In this document: positions 38,604-48,306 of the stretch, one piece after another
How positions within the stretch are numbered: the first letter of the stretch is position 1
How the letters are laid out: each line of letters starts with the position of its first letter
Assembly: GCA_040389685.1 (NCBI GenBank)
Contig: JAZJZS010000013.1
Span: 107 to 64,106 of the forward strand
Source: Actinomycetota bacterium
Lineage (GTDB): Bacteria; Actinomycetota; Actinomycetes; Actinomycetales; Microbacteriaceae
Length of the DNA: 64,000 nucleotides
Reading direction: 5' to 3'
The notes under the pieces: generated by a model
What the model was told of the DNA's origin: nothing
The model's database searches: none
Seen by the model: the letters and a program-made list of their open reading frames with translations, nothing else
Made by a program: the position numbers and the translations under genes

Positions 38604-40454
38604 GTGGCACATCTCCTGGGCGCCGAGTCCCTTCACCTCGAATATCCCACCCGGGTCATCTTCGACAAGCTCACGATCGGTCTCGACGAAGGCCACCGGA
38701 TCGGCGTCGTCGGCCGCAACGGCGATGGCAAGTCGACCCTGCTCCGGCTGCTCAGCGGGCGCATCGAACCCGATTCCGGCCGGGTGACGCGCCGCAACGG
38801 CGTGACGCTCGGGATGCTGGACCAGGGCGACCTGCTTCCGGAAGACCTGGTCGTCAAGGACGCCATCGTCGGAGACAGGGACGAGTACCAATGGGCGGGG
38901 GATGCCCGCATCCGCGATGTCATCGACGGACTGTTGCTCGACGTGCCGTGGGAAGCCACCATCGGGGAACTGAGTGGTGGCCAGCGCCGCCGCGTCGCCC
39001 TCGCCAAACTTCTCGTCGGCGATTGGGACGTCATCTTCCTCGACGAGCCAACGAACCACCTCGACGTCGAGGGCATCGCCTGGCTCGCCGGACATCTCAA
39101 CAAACGCTGGTCGCCGAACCAGGGTGGGCTCATCGTCGTGACCCACGACCGGTGGTTCCTCGACGAGGTCTCGACCGACACGTGGGAGGTGCACGATCAG
39201 ATCATCGAGCCCTTCGAGGGAGGCTACGCCGCCTACATCCTGCAGCGCGTCGAGCGCGACGAACTGGCCGCGACCATGGAGTCGAAGCGCCAGAACCTCG
39301 CCCGCAAGGAGCTGGCCTGGCTGCGCCGCGGCGCCCCGGCCCGCAGCACCAAGCCGAAGTTCCGGATGGATGCCGCGTACGCGCTGATCTCCAACGAACC
39401 GCCGCCCCGCGACACCGTTGCCCTCAGCCAACTCGCCACTGCCCGCCTCGGCAAGGACGTCGTCGACCTCCTGGACGTCGGCGTCACCTATGGCGGAACG
39501 ACGGATGCCGACGGCAACACCACCGGCGGCGCCGAGATCCTGAAAGACATCGAGTGGCGGGTCGCTCCGGGTGAGCGCACCGGCATTCTCGGGGTGAACG
39601 GTGCGGGAAAGTCCACGCTGCTCGGCCTCATCGCCGGCACGCTGCTTCCGACCAGCGGCCGGGTGAAGCGCGGCAAGACCATCCGCGTCGCCATCCTGAG
39701 CCAGCAACTCGGAGAGCTCGCGGACATCCTCGACGACCGGGTGATGGATGTCATCGCGCGCCAGAAGAGCTCCTACGTCACCGGCGGCAAGGAACTCACC
39801 CCCGGCCAGCTGCTCGAACGCATGGGATTCATGTCCGCGCAGCTGAGCACCAAAGTCAAGGACCTGTCCGGTGGGCAGCGTCGCCGCCTGCAGCTGCTGC
39901 TCATCCTGCTGGGAGAGCCGAACGTGCTGATCCTCGATGAGCCGACCAACGATCTCGACACTGACATCCTCGCCGCCATCGAAGACCTGCTCGACTCCTG
40001 GCCGGGCACGCTGCTCGTGGTCAGTCACGACCGTTACCTGCTCGAACGCGTTACCGACAACCAGTACGCGATCCTCGACAAGCGGATGCGGCACCTGCCC
40101 GGCGGCGTCGACCAGTACCTGCAGTTGCGGGCACAGCAGACCACCAAGGGCCAGACCGTCACCGAGTCGCACAAGTCCTCGACCGGTTCGGCACCGGCGG
40201 GCGTGAACTCGAAGGGCCGCACGAAGCTCACCGGTGCCGAACTGCGCAACGCGCAGAAGGAACTCGGATCGGTGAGCCGCAAGCTCGAGAAGGTCACCAC
40301 CCAGATTTCGGCGATCCACGATCGTTTCGCGAGTCACGACCAGGGTGACTTCACCGGCCTAGCCGCGCTGCAGGGGGAGCTCAAGCCCCTGGAGGATTCG
40401 ATGGCGGAGCTCGAGCTGCGCTGGCTCGAGCTCAGCGAGGTGCTCGAAGCGTAG
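38604..40454 (+). CDS. ABC-F family ATP-binding protein (Uup-like)
   Basis: Two ABC domains (GRNGDGKST, LSGGQRRR, LDEPTNHLD; GVNGAGKST, LDEPTNDLD), C-terminal coiled coil, no TM. Confidence 0.93.
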   Translation: MAHLLGAESLHLEYPTRVIFDKLTIGLDEGHRIGVVGRNGDGKSTLLRLLSGRIEPDSGRVTRRNGVTLGMLDQGDLLPEDLVVKDAIVGDRDEYQWAGDARIRDVIDGLLLDVPWEATIGELSGGQRRRVALAKLLVGDWDVIFLDEPTNHLDVEGIAWLAGHLNKRWSPNQGGLIVVTHDRWFLDEVSTDTWEVHDQIIEPFEGGYAAYILQRVERDELAATMESKRQNLARKELAWLRRGAPARSTKPKFRMDAAYALISNEPPPRDTVALSQLATARLGKDVVDLLDVGVTYGGTTDADGNTTGGAEILKDIEWRVAPGERTGILGVNGAGKSTLLGLIAGTLLPTSGRVKRGKTIRVAILSQQLGELADILDDRVMDVIARQKSSYVTGGKELTPGQLLERMGFMSAQLSTKVKDLSGGQRRRLQLLLILLGEPNVLILDEPTNDLDTDILAAIEDLLDSWPGTLLVVSHDRYLLERVTDNQYAILDKRMRHLPGGVDQYLQLRAQQTTKGQTVTESHKSSTGSAPAGVNSKGRTKLTGAELRNAQKELGSVSRKLEKVTTQISAIHDRFASHDQGDFTGLAALQGELKPLEDSMAELELRWLELSEVLEA

Positions 40455-40694
40455 TGGCGGGCGTGAGTCCCGGGCGCAGCGCGGGTCAGCACCGTGTCCA
40501 GGTCCCGATCACGCGTTTCCGGCGAGCGTTCGAGACCGGGCAGGCGTTCACGCCGGAACCATTGAACCCTCTCGTGCCCGCCGAGGATGCTTACCCGAGC
40601 AGGAAGGATCCGAAAATGATGGCGGTCGGTCCTCGAATGGTATTCATGGACAGGTCGCGGCGGCAGCCGACTCCGTCAAGCCCGCCGCCGGGGT

Positions 40695-41201
40695 TTAGCT
40701 CAACGCCTCGCGATCGAAATCGAGGCTGAGCTTACGCAACAGGGCGGCCAGCCGCTCCTGGTCGCTCATCGAAAGTCCGTCGAGAAGCTCGTTCTCGGCC
40801 ACCAGCAGGGTGCTTATCGCGGTGTCAACACGCTGACGACCTTCACCGGTCATGGTCACGAGAATGCCCCGCCCATCGTTCGGGTCGGTGCGGCGCTCCA
40901 CCAGCGCGCGCGCCACCAACCGGTCGATGCGATTGGTCATCGTGCCGCTCGAAACGAGCGTCTGCTGCAACAGCGCCTTCGGGCTCAGCTGGTACGGCGA
41001 GCCGGCGCGACGGAGGGCCGACAGCACGTCGAACTCCCAGGACTCGAGAGCGGATGCCGTGAAGGCGGTGCGGCGCGCCCGGTCGAGGTGCCTGGCGAGC
41101 CGGCCGACCCGGGAGAGCACCTGCAGGGGCGCGAAGTCGAGGTCGGGACGCTCACGCGCCCACGCGCCGACGATGCGGTCGACTTCGTCGTGAGCGGGCA
41201 T
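40695..41201 (-). CDS. MarR family regulator (TamR-like)
   Basis: DEVDRIVGAWARERPDLD, EFDVLSALRRAG, SGTMTNRIDRL, DGRG. Confidence 0.92.
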   Translation of the reverse strand: MPAHDEVDRIVGAWARERPDLDFAPLQVLSRVGRLARHLDRARRTAFTASALESWEFDVLSALRRAGSPYQLSPKALLQQTLVSSGTMTNRIDRLVARALVERRTDPNDGRGILVTMTGEGRQRVDTAISTLLVAENELLDGLSMSDQERLAALLRKLSLDFDREALS

Positions 41202-41307
41202 CCGTCTATTATCTCCGTCCCCGTTGGAAATGCAGGACTCGGCGTTACGGATGGGGCGGGTGACTCCTTTGAGTTGACATCCGTCACAGTCAATCCTGCA
41301 TTCGCGA

Positions 41308-41357
41308 CGCGAGCGGACGCGACCCAGCGCGCCGCGAGCGGACGCGACCCAGCGCGC
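41308..41357. repeat. 25-bp tandem duplication
   Basis: CGCGAGCGGACGCGACCCAGCGCGC x2, followed by GC-rich pentamers. Confidence 0.75.
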
Positions 41358-41541
41358 CGCGCCGCGCGAAGCCGCGCGGCGCGAAGCGAGGGAAGGCCGT
41401 GTCTCGACGCGAAATGGCGCTGCGGCACGGCCCTGTCCGCAAGGAGTTTCTCGGCACGGGCCACCCGGGATGCAGGCGCCGGGCGCGCGGAGCATCTGGC
41501 AGACTTGTCGAGGTCGGTCGTTCAACGGACCGGCCAGGAAT

Positions 41542-41613
41542 TCCGCCTTAGTGTAACGGCAGCACGACAGCCTTTGGAGCTGTTCGGTCCAGGTTCGAAT
41601 CCTGGAGGCGGAG
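41542..41613 (+). tRNA. tRNA-Gln(UUG), CCA not encoded
   Basis: Acceptor TCCGCCT/AGGCGGA, anticodon arm ACAGC-CTTTGGA-GCTGT, T arm CCAGG-TTCGAAT-CCTGG. Confidence 0.96.
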
Positions 41614-41614
41614 C

Positions 41615-41698
41615 GGTCTCGATACGCGCGCGAGAGCGCGCTACTCGACCACCATCGATACGCGCGCGAGAGCGCGCTACTCGACCACCATCGATACG
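41615..41698 (-). repeat. Tandem pair of REP-family elements (36-bp period)
   Basis: Minus strand reads (TGGTGGTCGAGTAGCGCGCTCTCGCGCGCGTATCGA)x2 then GACC. Confidence 0.8.
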
Positions 41699-41738
41699 GT
41701 GAGCCGGGACCAGCAGCACCGAGCGAGGGAGCCCCACC

Positions 41739-43163
41739 ATGTCCGACATCGCGATCATAATCCTCGCCGCGGGACAGGGCACCCGCATGAAGTCCGCCCT
41801 GCCGAAGGTGCTTCATCCGATCGCGGGCATTCCGATGGTCTCGCACGTGCTCGCCACCGCCGAGGAGCTTGGCGCCGCCCACATCGTCGCGGTGGTGCGG
41901 CATGAGCGGGATGCCGTCGCGGCCGTGATCGCCGAGCACGTTCCGCAGGCGATCATCGTCGACCAGGATGAGGCGCCCGGCACCGGCCGCGCCGTCGAGC
42001 TTGGCCTCGCCGGCCTTCCCGGCGAGTTCCAGGGCCACGTCGTGGTGCTGAGTGCGGATGTGCCGCTGCTCGACGCCGCCACCGTGCGCGCGCTCATCCA
42101 GACTCATGCGCTCGCCGGCAATGCTCTCACCCTGCTCAGCGCCCATTTCGCCGACCCGACCGGCGCGGGCCGAATCGTCCGAGCCGTCGACGGCTCATTC
42201 GAATCGATCGTGGAGCAGAAGGACGCCACCGACGCGCAGCGCGAAATCAGCGAGGTCAACGCCGGCGTCTACGTTTTCGACGCCGCAGCCCTTCGAGCGG
42301 CCCTGGCGCGGATCGGAACCGACAACGCGCAGAACGAGAAGTACCTGACGGATGCCGCGGCGGGCATCCGCACGACCGGGGGTCGGATCGAGGCGGTGAC
42401 GGTCACCGACCCGTGGCTGGTCGCCGGCATCAACGACCGCGCCCAGCTCGCCGCCACCGCGGCCGAACTCAACGCGCGCATCGTGCGCGGCTGGCAGCTC
42501 GGCGGCGTGACGATCCAGGACCCGGCGACGACCTGGATCGATCTCGCCGTGACCATCGCCGAAGACGTCGAAATCCTGCCCGGGACGCAACTCAAGGGCC
42601 CGACGGTGATCGAGCGCGGGGCGATCATCGGCCCGGACACGACGCTTGTCGACTGCGAGGTCGGTGAGAACGCGATCGTGAAGAGGACGGATGCCACGCT
42701 CGCCGTCATCGGAGCGAACGCGACAGTCGGTCCGTTCGCCTACCTCCGCGCTGGCACGTATCTCGGAGAGGGCGGCAAGATCGGCACCTTCGTCGAAACG
42801 AAAAATTCGACGATCGGGCGCGGGTCGAAGGTGCCGCACCTGAGCTACATCGGTGACGCGTCGATCGGGGAGGGCACCAATCTCGGGGCCGGGGCGATCA
42901 CGGCAAACTATGACGACATCACCAAGCACCGCACCGAGATCGGGTCGCACGTGCATTCCGGCTCACACAACGTCTTCGTCGCCCCGGTTAGAATCGGTGA
43001 CGGGGCCAAGACCGGCGCGGGAACGATCGTGCGCAAGGATGTGCCGGCCGGAGCCCTCGCAATGACCGTGGCACCCCAGCGCAATGTCGAAGGCTGGGTC
43101 GGGCAGAATCGCGCAGGAACGGCGGCCGCGAAGGCTGCTGCGGAGGCCGAAGCCCGGAGCTGA
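41739..43163 (+). CDS. glmU: Bifunctional UDP-GlcNAc pyrophosphorylase/glucosamine-1-P acetyltransferase
   Basis: ILAAGQGTRMKSALPKVLH, GTGRAV, EVNAGVY, hexapeptide repeats, VGPFAYLR, HLSYIGDA. Confidence 0.97.
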   Translation: MSDIAIIILAAGQGTRMKSALPKVLHPIAGIPMVSHVLATAEELGAAHIVAVVRHERDAVAAVIAEHVPQAIIVDQDEAPGTGRAVELGLAGLPGEFQGHVVVLSADVPLLDAATVRALIQTHALAGNALTLLSAHFADPTGAGRIVRAVDGSFESIVEQKDATDAQREISEVNAGVYVFDAAALRAALARIGTDNAQNEKYLTDAAAGIRTTGGRIEAVTVTDPWLVAGINDRAQLAATAAELNARIVRGWQLGGVTIQDPATTWIDLAVTIAEDVEILPGTQLKGPTVIERGAIIGPDTTLVDCEVGENAIVKRTDATLAVIGANATVGPFAYLRAGTYLGEGGKIGTFVETKNSTIGRGSKVPHLSYIGDASIGEGTNLGAGAITANYDDITKHRTEIGSHVHSGSHNVFVAPVRIGDGAKTGAGTIVRKDVPAGALAMTVAPQRNVEGWVGQNRAGTAAAKAAAEAEARS

Positions 43164-43213
43164 TTCCCAGCCTCGCAGTGCCACACAGCACCATCCAACA
43201 GAGAGCAGGACCC

Positions 43214-44191
43214 GTGGCCGAGATCACCGCCAGTGGTAAGAAGCGATTGGTTCTAGTGACGGGACGCGCTCATCCGCAACTCGCCGTCGACATCGCCGCT
43301 GAGCTCGAAACCGAACTCGTGCACACCGACGCCCGCACCTTCGCCAACGGCGAGATCTACGCGCGCTATGACGAGAGCGTGCGCGGCTGTGACGCCTTCG
43401 TCATCCAGTCGCACACCTATCCGATCAACGAGTGGCTCATGGAGCAGCTCATCATGGTGGACGCGCTCAAGCGCGCCTCGGCCAAGCGGATCACCGTGGT
43501 CGCGCCGTTCTATCCGTATGCGCGGCAGGATAAGAAGGGTCGCGGTCGCGAACCGGTCTCGGCCCGCCTCGTGGCCGATTTGTTCAAGGCTGCCGGAGCC
43601 GACCGCATCATGAGCGTCGACCTGCACGCGGCCCAGATCCAGGGGTTCTTCGACGGCCCGGTCGACCATCTGTTCGCGATGCCGGTGCTGCTCAAGTACT
43701 TCACCGAACGTCTCGACCCGTCGGCGCTCACCGTCGTCTCGCCCGACATGGGACGCGTGCGGGTCGCCGACATCTGGAGCGACAAGCTCGGCGCGCCGCT
43801 GGCCATCATCCATAAGCGCCGCGATCCGCTTGTGCCGAACAAGGTGACGGTGCACGAGATCGTCGGCGAGGTGCGGGGACGCACCTGCCTGATCGTGGAC
43901 GACATGATCGACACCGGCGGCACCATTGTGAAGGCTGCCGAGGCGCTCAAGCTCGCGGGCGCGACGAACGTGGTGGTGGCGGCGACGCACGCCGTGTTCT
44001 CGCCCCCGGCATCCGAAATCCTGCAGAGTGATTTCATCGACTCCGTGGTGGTCACCGACACCCTGCCGATCCCGCCGGAGAAGCGCTTTCCCACCCTCAC
44101 CGTGCTGCCGATCGCCCCGCTCATCGCGAGCGCGATCCGCGAGGTGTTCAGCGACGGATCGGTCACCTCGATGTTCGACGGCGCTGCCTGA
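43214..44191 (+). CDS. prs: Ribose-phosphate pyrophosphokinase
   Basis: FANGEI, PYARQDKK, VDLHAAQIQGFF, SPDMG, VDDMIDTGGT. Confidence 0.97.
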   Translation: MAEITASGKKRLVLVTGRAHPQLAVDIAAELETELVHTDARTFANGEIYARYDESVRGCDAFVIQSHTYPINEWLMEQLIMVDALKRASAKRITVVAPFYPYARQDKKGRGREPVSARLVADLFKAAGADRIMSVDLHAAQIQGFFDGPVDHLFAMPVLLKYFTERLDPSALTVVSPDMGRVRVADIWSDKLGAPLAIIHKRRDPLVPNKVTVHEIVGEVRGRTCLIVDDMIDTGGTIVKAAEALKLAGATNVVVAATHAVFSPPASEILQSDFIDSVVVTDTLPIPPEKRFPTLTVLPIAPLIASAIREVFSDGSVTSMFDGAA

Positions 44192-44221
44192 CCCTGGGCC
44201 GCGCTCTCGTAGAGTGGATTC

Positions 44222-45940
44222 ATGACGATCAGAACGCCGCGACCGTGGCTCTCCAGCTATGCAGAGGGCGTTCCGCACGAAATCGACCTGCCGACGGGGT
44301 CGCTATTCGACCTCGTCGAGGCATCCGTCAACGAATTCGGTGACAACACCGCGCTCGAGTTCTTCGGCGCGACCACGACCTATGCCGAGCTCGGTGAGCA
44401 GATCCTGCGGGCCGCCGAAGGTCTGCGACTGCTCGGGGTGCAGAAGGGGGATACCGTCGCCCTCGTGCTGCCGAACTGCCCCCAACACGTGGTCGCGTTC
44501 TACGCGGTGCTGCGACTCGGGGCCATCGTGGTCGAGCACAATCCGCTGTACACGCCGCGCGAACTCCGGCACCAGTTCGAAGACCATGGGGCGCGGGTCG
44601 CCATCGTCTGGAACAACGTGGTCGAGACGCTCCAGCAATTTCCCGCGGATGTCGCGGTCGAGTCGATCGTGTCCATCGACATCACCCGGGCGATGCCGTT
44701 CGCTACCCGCCTGCTCCTCAGGCTGCCCATCGCGAAGGCACGGGAGTCGCGTGCCGCGCTCACGGCCACCGTGCGGGACACCGTCCCCTGGTCGACACTG
44801 CTCGATCACCTCGCGGTCGACGATCACATCTTCCGGCCCACCGCGACGGATGTCGCACTGATCCAGTACACGAGCGGCACGACGGGCACCCCCAAAGGCG
44901 CCACGCTCACCCACCTCAACCTCGCTGCCAATGCCGCGCAGTCGAGGGCGTGGACGCCGACCGTGCATCGCGGCACATCAGTCGTCTACGCGGTGCTCCC
45001 CATGTTCCACGCCTACGGGCTCACCCTCTGTCTCACCTTCGCGATGAGCATGGGGTCGCGACTCGTGCTATTCCCCAAGTTCGATCCCGACCTGGTGCTC
45101 GCGGTCGTGAAGAAGCATCCAGCCACGCTTCTGCCCGCCGTGCCACCGATCTACGAGCGTCTCACGGCCGCCGCCGACGCGGCGGGGGTGTCGCTTGACG
45201 GAATCGAGATCGCGATCTCCGGGGCCATGCCGCTGTCGGCATCCGTCGTCCAACCGTGGGAAAAACGCACCGGCGGATACCTCGTGGAAGGCTTCGGGCT
45301 GTCGGAGACGAGCCCGGTGTTGATGGCCAATCCGGTGGGCCCGAGTCGTCGGGCTGGCACGGTGGGACTGCCATTGCCCAACACCGAGGTGAGGGTCGTC
45401 GACCCGGACAATCCGACCGTCGACCGCCCAGCGGGCGACGAGGGCGAGCTGATCGTGCGCGGGCCGCAGGTATTCTCCGGCTACTGGAAGAAGCCGGAAG
45501 AGACGGCTGAGGTCTTCGTGCCGGCGACCGAGGGTGACGAGAGTGGCCCATGGTTCCGTACCGGCGATATTGTCACGGTCGACCCGGACGGGTTCGTCCG
45601 GGTCATCGACCGCATCAAAGAACTCATCATCACCGGCGGCTTCAACGTGGCACCGAGCGAAGTCGAGGACGCTCTGCGGTCGCATCCGTCCGTTGCGGAT
45701 GTCGCGGTCGTCGGCCTGCCGGACGCGCACAGCGGTGAAGAGGTGGTGGCCGCCGTCGTGTTGGCGCCGGGCGCCGAACTCGACGAGCGGGCCCTGCGCG
45801 AGTATGTGCGCCCGAGTCTTGCCGCGTACAAGGTGCCGAAGCGCGTCGTGGCCGTGGACGAGCTGCCGAGGTCGCTCATCGGGAAGGTGATCCGGCGCCG
45901 GGTGCGGGACCTGTTGGAGGCGGACCACGCTCTCACGTAG
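44222..45940 (+). CDS. Long-chain fatty acid--CoA ligase
   Basis: QYTSGTTGTPKGA, EGFGLSETSP, WFRTGD, DRIKELIITGGFNVAPSEVE, GKVIRR. Confidence 0.92.
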   Translation: MTIRTPRPWLSSYAEGVPHEIDLPTGSLFDLVEASVNEFGDNTALEFFGATTTYAELGEQILRAAEGLRLLGVQKGDTVALVLPNCPQHVVAFYAVLRLGAIVVEHNPLYTPRELRHQFEDHGARVAIVWNNVVETLQQFPADVAVESIVSIDITRAMPFATRLLLRLPIAKARESRAALTATVRDTVPWSTLLDHLAVDDHIFRPTATDVALIQYTSGTTGTPKGATLTHLNLAANAAQSRAWTPTVHRGTSVVYAVLPMFHAYGLTLCLTFAMSMGSRLVLFPKFDPDLVLAVVKKHPATLLPAVPPIYERLTAAADAAGVSLDGIEIAISGAMPLSASVVQPWEKRTGGYLVEGFGLSETSPVLMANPVGPSRRAGTVGLPLPNTEVRVVDPDNPTVDRPAGDEGELIVRGPQVFSGYWKKPEETAEVFVPATEGDESGPWFRTGDIVTVDPDGFVRVIDRIKELIITGGFNVAPSEVEDALRSHPSVADVAVVGLPDAHSGEEVVAAVVLAPGAELDERALREYVRPSLAAYKVPKRVVAVDELPRSLIGKVIRRRVRDLLEADHALT

Positions 45941-45986
45941 ACCGGTCGTGCGTCGAAGGCGCGCGGCGCGGGGTTAGGGTGCTCTC

Positions 45987-46418
45987 ATGGCCGGATCGCA
46001 CAGGGCGTCGTCGTGGGGTACAACTCATGTGCCCACCATTCTCCGCTCCCTCGAGCCTCGCCTTCACCCCGGCGAGTTCGTATTCGTCTCCGTGCAACCG
46101 GATCGGGCGGCCCAGTTGAGTGCGATGGCCACGATCGTGGAGCTGGAGGGCACGACCGTTGTGCTTCGGCGTCGCGATGCCGATGCCGAGTTCCTGCCGT
46201 ACGATTTCGTCGCGCGGTGGATCACCCTCACCGCACATTCGTCGCTCGAGACCGTTGGGCTCACCGCCACCATCACGGCCGCCCTGGCGGAAGCGGGGAT
46301 CAGCAGCAATGTGCTCTCCGGGTACCACCACGACCACCTGCTCGTGCCTGGTCACCAGGCGGAACTGGCGATGACAGTGCTGCGGGACCTCGCCCGCCAG
46401 AGCGACTCGGGGAGTTAG
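45987..46418 (+). CDS. ACT-domain protein (DUF2241-like)
   Basis: PRLHPGEFVF, ELEGTT, WITLTAHSSLETVGLTA, SNVLSGYHHDHLLVP. Confidence 0.82.
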   Translation: MAGSHRASSWGTTHVPTILRSLEPRLHPGEFVFVSVQPDRAAQLSAMATIVELEGTTVVLRRRDADAEFLPYDFVARWITLTAHSSLETVGLTATITAALAEAGISSNVLSGYHHDHLLVPGHQAELAMTVLRDLARQSDSGS

Positions 46419-46786
46419 CTGGTGGAGCCCGACCTCGGCACCGGCGAGAGTTTCGGCGAGATTGGAATCAGGCCGAGGGACGCGACACGCTTGTCCCCAC
46501 CGAAGGCTCCGACCGTGTAACACTCCCAGCCGGGACCGCCCACGCCGAACACTTCGAAGCGAGCGGATGCCCCGGTCGCCTCCGGCGCTTCGTACGCGAC
46601 CCACGCGCTGCAGGCCTCCTGCGCGGTGGCAGCCGCCACCGACATGGTGGTCAGCACGCCGGGCAGCACTAGGGCGGCGACGCCAAGGACCACGACGATG
46701 CGCAGCACGAATCGCATTCGGCGACGGCTCGGAACGCCCTCGGTCGGCACATAGCCGGCCAGTTCTGGTTCGTCGTCGTAAATCAT
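46415..46786 (-). CDS. Conserved hypothetical membrane protein
   Basis: EPELAGY, one TM (VVVLGVAALVLPG), Cys pair AC...WEC. Confidence 0.7.
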   Translation of the reverse strand: MIYDDEPELAGYVPTEGVPSRRRMRFVLRIVVVLGVAALVLPGVLTTMSVAAATAQEACSAWVAYEAPEATGASARFEVFGVGGPGWECYTVGAFGGDKRVASLGLIPISPKLSPVPRSGSTS

Positions 46787-46876
46787 GGCGCTTCGATCTT
46801 GTCACGCTGTCGTCCGATTGCGGAGCCCGCGCGGTATCGTTCATCGACGCCGCAGACGCCTTTGGAGGCCACCACG

Positions 46877-47965
46877 ATGCCGACATCCCCGCCGTTACCG
46901 CTGCCCGGTCGGCTGGGTGACCCCGACAGCACCCTCGCCAGCGACCCCCGTTCCGATCCACGGATGCTCGCGGCGATGCTGCCGTTCGGGCTCGGCGGGC
47001 GCACACCCCCGCCGCGCGTGACCCCCGACGACTCCCTCGAGACGCGTATCGCCTTCAGCCGACGCACGGAGTCCCGTCTCGAGGGCCTCTTCGACGCGCT
47101 CGTGGCCGACCTGCCTCCGGTCAGGGGCGTCTCCCGTTCCGCCCGCGTCATCCCCGGGCCTGACGGCAGCGAACTGAAGCTCTCGGTGCATCGACCGCTC
47201 GATGCTTCTGGACCGCTGCCGGGCATCCTGCATGTGCACGGCGGCGGGATGGTGATGCTGCACGGCAACAACCTGGTCTATAGCCGCTGGCGGGAGGAAC
47301 TCGCGGCGTCTGGCCTCGTGGTGGTGGGTGTCGAATTTCGGAACGCGGTCGACGAGGTCGGCCACCATCCCTTTCCGGCGGGGCTCGACGATGTGACGGC
47401 GGCCCTTCGGTGGGTGTCCGCCAACCGGGCCGAGTTCGGCATCACGACCCTTGTGCTGCAGGGAGATTCGGGCGGCGCCAACCTGGCGCTGGCGGCCACC
47501 ATCCGCGCGGGCCGCGAGGGCGAAACCAGGCTCATCGATGGCGTTTACGCCTCGGTGCCCTACATCTCGGGGCTCTACGAATGGTTCGCGGAGGACAATC
47601 CCTCCGAATTGCCGTCGCTCACCGAAAATGACGGGTACTTCATGAGCAACGCGCTCAACAGCATCCTGAGCGAGCTCTACGACCCGGATCGCGCCAACCA
47701 CAGCAACCCTCTGGCGTGGCCGTATTTTGCGAGCGTCGAGGACCTGCGCGGGTTGCCCCCGCACGCGATCTCCGCCAACGAGCTCGACCCGTGCCGCGAC
47801 GAAGGACTCGCCTACGCGCGCACGCTGCGCGCTGCCGGAGTGCCGGTGCAGGAGCGTCTCGTGGCAGGCGTCTGCCATTTCGGTGACACGCTCTTCGCTG
47901 CCGCGCTGCCGGATGTCTACGCCGAGTCGGTGAGGCACGTGCGCGATTTCGCCCGCGGCCTCTGA
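46877..47965 (+). CDS. Alpha/beta hydrolase, HSL family esterase
   Basis: HVHGGGM oxyanion hole, GDSGGANL nucleophile, NELDPCRDEG, CHFGD. Confidence 0.9.
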   Translation: MPTSPPLPLPGRLGDPDSTLASDPRSDPRMLAAMLPFGLGGRTPPPRVTPDDSLETRIAFSRRTESRLEGLFDALVADLPPVRGVSRSARVIPGPDGSELKLSVHRPLDASGPLPGILHVHGGGMVMLHGNNLVYSRWREELAASGLVVVGVEFRNAVDEVGHHPFPAGLDDVTAALRWVSANRAEFGITTLVLQGDSGGANLALAATIRAGREGETRLIDGVYASVPYISGLYEWFAEDNPSELPSLTENDGYFMSNALNSILSELYDPDRANHSNPLAWPYFASVEDLRGLPPHAISANELDPCRDEGLAYARTLRAAGVPVQERLVAGVCHFGDTLFAAALPDVYAESVRHVRDFARGL

Positions 47966-48174
47966 CGCATCCACCGTCGCATCCTCTGATGCATCCGCCG
48001 TCGCGGCGGGGGATACGCCCGGTCCCGGCGGATCAGGGCCGTCCCGGCGGGAGTTACGACTCTCTCCGGGACGCGCTTTCTCCGCCGCGACTTCTTGGCG
48101 GTGCCGCGACTGTGTGCGGGGCAGGGCGGTGGAGAGGCGTTGGCGGTAACCACTGGCGGCAATGCCCCTCGCGC

Positions 48175-48250
48175 GAAATCCATGCATTTCTCGCGCCGCG
48201 CCGCCAGAATGCTGCAAGAAGGGGCGTGTCACCACAATTGCATGGATTTC
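48175..48250. repeat. 76-bp element with 12-bp terminal inverted repeats, copy 2
   Basis: GAAATCCATGCA(48175-86)...TGCATGGATTTC(48239-50); GGCGTGTC at the same offset as in copy 1. Confidence 0.8.
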
Positions 48251-48306
48251 TATCATGCCGGTACCGGATGCGGGACCCGCTGACGCGGATCGGGCCGGCG
48301 CCGAAC

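Noticed and set aside
40454-40729. 91-aa ORF between ABC-F and marR
   Set aside because: No motif, RBS or leaderless signal, and it overlaps the marR end. A possible frameshifted minus-strand remnant could not be supported.
41542-41700. tRNA-Gln as a prophage or ICE attachment site
   Set aside because: No duplicate of the tRNA 3' end and no integrase in the window; the marR-tRNA-glmU order is intact.
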